Below the pieces are notes generated by a model, which did not search any database, was not told the origin of the DNA, and saw only the letters and a list, made by a program, of their open reading frames with translations. Both the position numbers and the translations under genes were made by a program. DNA of 57,467 bases, counting the filler, from Platydemus manokwari (lineage: Eukaryota), in NCBI GenBank assembly GCA_037951405.1. It is 5 parts of 5 records of this genome, joined end to end, with 100 filler letters (N's around TTAATTAATTAA, not from the genome) between each part and the next. Parts side by side here need not be neighbours in the genome. Positions count along the whole stretch, not along the records: positions 47,636 to 57,467 come from JBBMOY011199432.1; 4 more parts are not named here. One strand, 5' to 3'. This document shows, piece by piece, positions 52,701 to 57,467 of this stretch. Positions within the stretch are counted from its first letter, which is position 1. Every line of letters begins with the position of its first letter.

Positions 52701-55700
52701 ATATATGGGATACCCACCCTCAACCTTTATTAATATCAAATAAGCAGTCCAATCCTAAATTTGTCTTTCAATAATCCACTATATCGATTCTGATAAGGAC
52801 AATTTTGAGAACTGCAACATGCGAGATACAAATACAATTATCTAATAATTTTAAAATATTAAGCCATGCAAGATTTACAAAGTGATGTAAATATCGATAC
52901 CACATCCGGATTTTGTTGGCCAATTAGATGGAAGAGAGAAGAGAAAACATACCTGAAGCATCAGTGAGCATTCCCCAGTTGAGTTCATTATCATCGATCG
53001 AATGTTTATCTTTCATATGGCTAGCACAAGTAACCTTTTTGTCAAATCGGTGATTACAAAGATAACACCTGTGAATATTGGAATATTTCTTAATTGATCA
53101 ACTGATAATAATTTCATTCGAACATACCGATATGAAGTGCATGTCGTATCGAGAACGACAGATGATGGGTTAATCAAACTAAGGCCAATTTTTCTGAATC
53201 CTTTCGAATGTTCAGCAAGAGTATGGTCTTCCCATTTATCACGTGAATCGAATTTCAAACCGCAAATATAACACAAAAAATCATTAACGGTTTGAAAATC
53301 ATCCGTAATACCATGAGACGCTTTCAAATGATCGTTTAGAAGAGATCGTGACGAAAAAAAATTTGAATGCATAGACGTCTCCTTACAGAAACCACATTCA
53401 TATTTAAAATCAGAGAAAATGCTTTTAGCTAGATCTGTATTGCCACTGCTCAGAGCTGGATCATCCTGATCAGGATTATCAGGAAACAGACCCACAGTGA
53501 TTTCACCCGATTTTTTCAAATCTATTGAGGACAAAATTAAAATATAATTCATTTGTTGAGTCATTTCGTATCCCCCCACAATAAAATTCAAATATTATTT
53601 CTGTGACACTTGTTCCAGTGTTGTTTATTATTTACAATCACTTGAATTCGTCAAATCGTTGTCACACCCAGATGGAATAGATGAATACTAATTTCGTAAT
53701 AATTTTCAAGTAATACTAAACATCTCAGATTACAGGACAATCACCATGGTAGCGATTCCATGCGTTACGTGATCAATAGAAATATTTTATTCATAATACA
53801 TTACATTTATTAAATAGTACAGTTAAACTAAATTCAATTTAGGGGGAAAATCATTACAGATTTTACCAAATTTAAATGATAAACAATCTCAAACATCCAG
53901 GAAGGTAATTAAATAACAAATTATATATTTCTCCTTCGTATAACACTGTATAACACTGCTTATTTGATCAATTAATTTTTAAAAGCGGAAATAATTAGAA
54001 GGCGACGCATATCAGAAGACATATGACTGGATATACAGCAACATAGAACTGTTATACTGGATGATATATGCCTGGTAATTAAATTAATCCTACCGAAATA
54101 CAAAAATTATTCACAAGAATATTTGTCTTTGGAAATAGCTTTAGTTAGTCCGGCTATTAACCAAAGAAATACCCCATCAAGTAAAAGGAAAGAATGTCGT
54201 TTAAAAACAATAAGTAACGTGAAGTTACTTATTAACAAGAAATTTTATTGCCAAGACAATAGATGGATTAATTGTTATATTCTATGGTGATGAATAAGAA
54301 TCGCAAAACATCATCCAATGCACTGGGATGAATAGTCAATTGTTACAATTGTAATAACAATGTAGAGGTACAAAAGCAAGAAAATAACAATGAACTCGTT
54401 GACTCACCATACACTGTGCAATCCGACATAACCGATTCGCAATTGGCAATGTTTTCCAACATGGTCAGACCAGATTTCAAATTAAACCGAGGTGTATGTC
54501 TCCTGAGACATTGATAGACATGATTCCACATTGTGATGCGAGATTTGGGACTGTTGTCTGCATTTATTAGTCGAAAATTTTTGCAGACATAACACAGAAT
54601 ATTCTAAACCAAACAAATATTCATATGAAAATTTTCTGTGTGTTCTTATTAATATTTATTAGAATTTTTTGTTTTAATTCTTATATAGATTGAGATAGAA
54701 AATTGCTGGCAAATAGGGGATTCTACGTGAAATTAGTATTATGATTTTGGATGATAGGATATTTTTGGCAATTTTTCAAAAGTTATTTCACAAAAAAATC
54801 AAGAAAAAGATTAAGAAACGATTGAAAGCTGTTATGAGATTTTTAAAAACAATAAAGACACTAAATAACGTTTCAGAAAGAATTTGTAAATAATTTGGCA
54901 GTGCATGAGTTTCTGATCGAATATTTCTCTCTACTGAAGCATACAATTTTCGAATCCACCATTTTATAAAATAAATTATTCGAAAATATAAATTTTTAAA
55001 AAAAATGTGACGAAAAATGAATAAATAAATAATAATAATAAATTCTATATCGGAAATTAATCAGAAATTTTATGAAAATTAAATAAATCAGGCACAATTA
55101 AATAAAATAAATAAATTCAGAAACAATAACAAGAAACTGGGTGTAATTTATTGCATGAAAATAATTCAATTAAAAATGTAAAAAATTATTAACTTAAACT
55201 ATAATTTTAATTAAAATAATAATAAAATAAAACCAAATTAATTAGAATAAATATCATTAATTATATTTGTAAAAAATCTGATGAATAATAAATAATAAAT
55301 TATGATAATTATAAAATATCTTTGATCAGTAAAAAAATATTATATTCCCATAATATTTATCCAATAAATTACGGAATAAAATAAAGATAAAATATTAATT
55401 AAATGCCCAAATCGATTTTAGTATGACACACCATTTTAAACAAACCATCGAACAAGTCATAAAGCCGAAATATCGACGAAAATATCAAATAAACATTAGA
55501 TAATTAAAAATTAGTTATTTTTAATATTTATTTTTAGAAAATATCAAATTAAAAATAGAGTTTTACATTAAAAAAAATATTGAAATCTACTCGATTCTGT
55601 TAATTAAAAAAATCTGTACCCGATGTTTAAAGAAGATATGCCAAGACATTTCAATAGAATTGGCGATGATGTCTGATTCAGTGCACATCGGACACGTTCC

Positions 55701-57059
55701 CGATGCTCGATGTCGAGGTGATGTGAGAAATTCTCGATGGATTGCATCTGTCAATGCCAGATGTTTAGGAATCGTTACATTAGAATTGGTGGATCCAAGC
55801 ATTTGAGGAATGGCGTGGCAATGTAGAGACAATGGATTATCGATGGCAGCATAACAATAGCATTCAACAATATCTGTAATAATCAATAGCTTGTAATAAG
55901 AACATCATGAACAAGCTCTCTTTACCACTGGGGTTGTTGTTGTATTTCTCAGCCCGTTTGGTGTACCATGAGAGAAACCTGAAAATGATTTTTCATTTAT
56001 TATATGGTAATCTTTTCGAGTTAATGGTTATCGCAGCAAATAATAATAATAGTAATTATTATTATTATTATTATTATTTTATTAATCATAATGCATTCGC
56101 AATAAATCTCATTTTCTATTGATAGAATATTTGTAAAAAGTTGCTTTTATGAAGATCGAGAGCGTTTCAAAAAGAATATCAAAGATCTTCAATAAATATT
56201 TAATATATGAAAGAAGCTGAAAAACAAATATGATGGGATTGATGCGATGAAGATGGAATATAAAATCATATAATTAAAAACGTATGATAATGTATTAGAT
56301 TCCTATCAGCTATCATTGAGAAAAGTGCCGATAATTTCGAGAAAATATCTTATTGATAATATTTTAACGAAATTTTATAGTAATCTAATGCTAGAAAATG
56401 AATGACTTTAGGGGTAGGTTAGGGCAATATTGTATGAAAGGGCAATAACTCCAAAAATGATTCAAGTGGCGTAAATAGGTAATAAGATATCAATAAATAT
56501 ACAGAATAGATTGAAATAAATATAGCCACAACATTTAAACAAATCCATATAAATCATATTAATTTATGAAAAATAAATCCATAAGTACCAATTTTCAGGT
56601 AGATGTGTCTCCATATGCTCTGTCATCTCGGTAATCTTAGCAGACATTCTATTTGGACACCAAGGACATGCTGTAACATTAGTTTCACATAAAATATGAT
56701 CCTGTTCATGTTCGTGAGTCAAAGTAAGATTTGCGAACATCTGTGGTTCACTTTGAGTTTCAATGTCACCATTTTCTAAAGTCACGAATTCATCAATCGA
56801 ATGATATCATTTAACATGTAGCAATACCGAGACGCTTTCTGCGAACACCAACTCCACAATACAAGCAAAAACACAACGATGTTGATTCCGGAGACATGTT
56901 CGATAAATGTGGTTGATATAATTTGTTTTTTACATTAATGCATTCGGAACATTCAGATCTATGACTTTGAAATTCACTAATTGATTGATGAATACGTTTA
57001 CAAGTTCCAAAACAACGAAATGCCGATTTTCCTTTGATAATAGAAAGTTTGTGATTACT
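49787..57059 (-). CDS. Multi-C2H2 zinc-finger protein, 3' portion (8 exons; 5' end beyond or not found in the window)
   Basis: Phase-consistent GT-AG exons 57059-56828, 56775-56589, 55978-55926, 55873-55620, 54603-54408, 53521-53128, 53068-52953, 50124-49787. Dispersed fingers: CPWC..HMETH, CPMC..HIFFKH, CGFC..HLKASH, CYIC..HTLAEH, CYLC..HMKDKH, CGIC..HAISFH, CPDC..HLKLVH. Confidence 0.88.
50369..50824. mobile_element. hAT (Charlie-like) MITE, 456 bp, intronic
   Basis: TIR CAGTGATTCCCAAA vs TCTGGGAATCACTT; perfect 8-bp TSD ATATAGCA (50361-50368 and 50825-50832). Confidence 0.85.
52148..52415 (+). repeat. Degenerate direct duplication (~60-nt core, 207-nt spacing)
   Basis: ATGGATTTGACAT..ACCATAAT.ATACAAGCTTAT..TCTATTACATCTATT at 52148-52209 and 52355-52415. 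Confidence 0.75.
52618..52700. mobile_element. Miniature hAT element, 83 bp, intronic
   Basis: 14-bp TIRs CAGGGGTGGCCAAC / GTTGGCCACCTCTG (1 mismatch); 8-bp TSD ACATATGG / ATATATGG (7/8). Confidence 0.8.
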
Positions 57060-57467
57060 CTAGAAAGAGAAAATAAATAATGTTCTGATGAAGGAGATAA
57101 GGCATTTTTATTTATATATATATTGGGTATCGTATAATTAATTTATAGACGTCTATGCAAAAGATTGGAAATATTCCTGCAATGTAATCATAATATCGAA
57201 ACAATCAAGAAATAATTAAACTAATTTGAAAATCTTGTATTATAAAACCTATTAAAAATATCGTTCAAAGCTATGGAGCTTTATGACATCAAGGATAATA
57301 ATATATTTTACTAATATAAAAATTGCTTCCTTATGCCTATTCAAGAGTGGGGAGGGGGGGAAGGGAAGCAGGGCAGTGAGTTTTTATGTACTGTGATCCA
57401 GTAACAGGCTCTCTGTAATCAGGCAACGCCAAACCTACATATTCATGAGGTTTTCAGATCAGATACT

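Overview
This is not one genomic locus. It is five contigs (1-10748, 10849-23672, 23773-32996, 33097-47535, 47636-57467) joined by an artificial 100-nt linker (N44-TTAATTAATTAA-N44). Almost all of it is very AT-rich, intron-containing animal DNA. Short 43-58 nt introns, a venom-allergen-like CAP gene and the transposon repertoire suggest a flatworm such as a planarian; that assignment is inference. Gene models built by hand from splice sites and reading frame: a secreted CAP/SCP protein (4681-5695, +), an AADAC/NCEH1-like HSL-family esterase with a probable GC-AG intron (13747-15283, -), a 553-aa protein ending in a degenerate kinase-like domain (17115-23455, +), RBM15/Spenito (29407-31468, -) and the 3' part of a multi-C2H2 zinc-finger gene (49787-57059, -). 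There are also Tigger/pogo, Tc1/mariner, hAT, Merlin-like and Ty3/Gypsy relics. The anomaly is the first ~0.9 kb. It is intact bacterial DNA from a RuMP-pathway methylotroph (Methylophilaceae-like): transaldolase 3' end, intrinsic terminator, sigma70 promoter, RBS and hexulose-6-phosphate synthase. It runs directly into the AT-rich DNA with no linker, so it is either a chimeric contig (more likely) or a very recent bacterial insertion. No CRISPR array, tRNA or rRNA was found. I cannot support a clearly new multi-gene system. The best leads are the junction, the candidate pseudokinase and the palindrome array at the junction.
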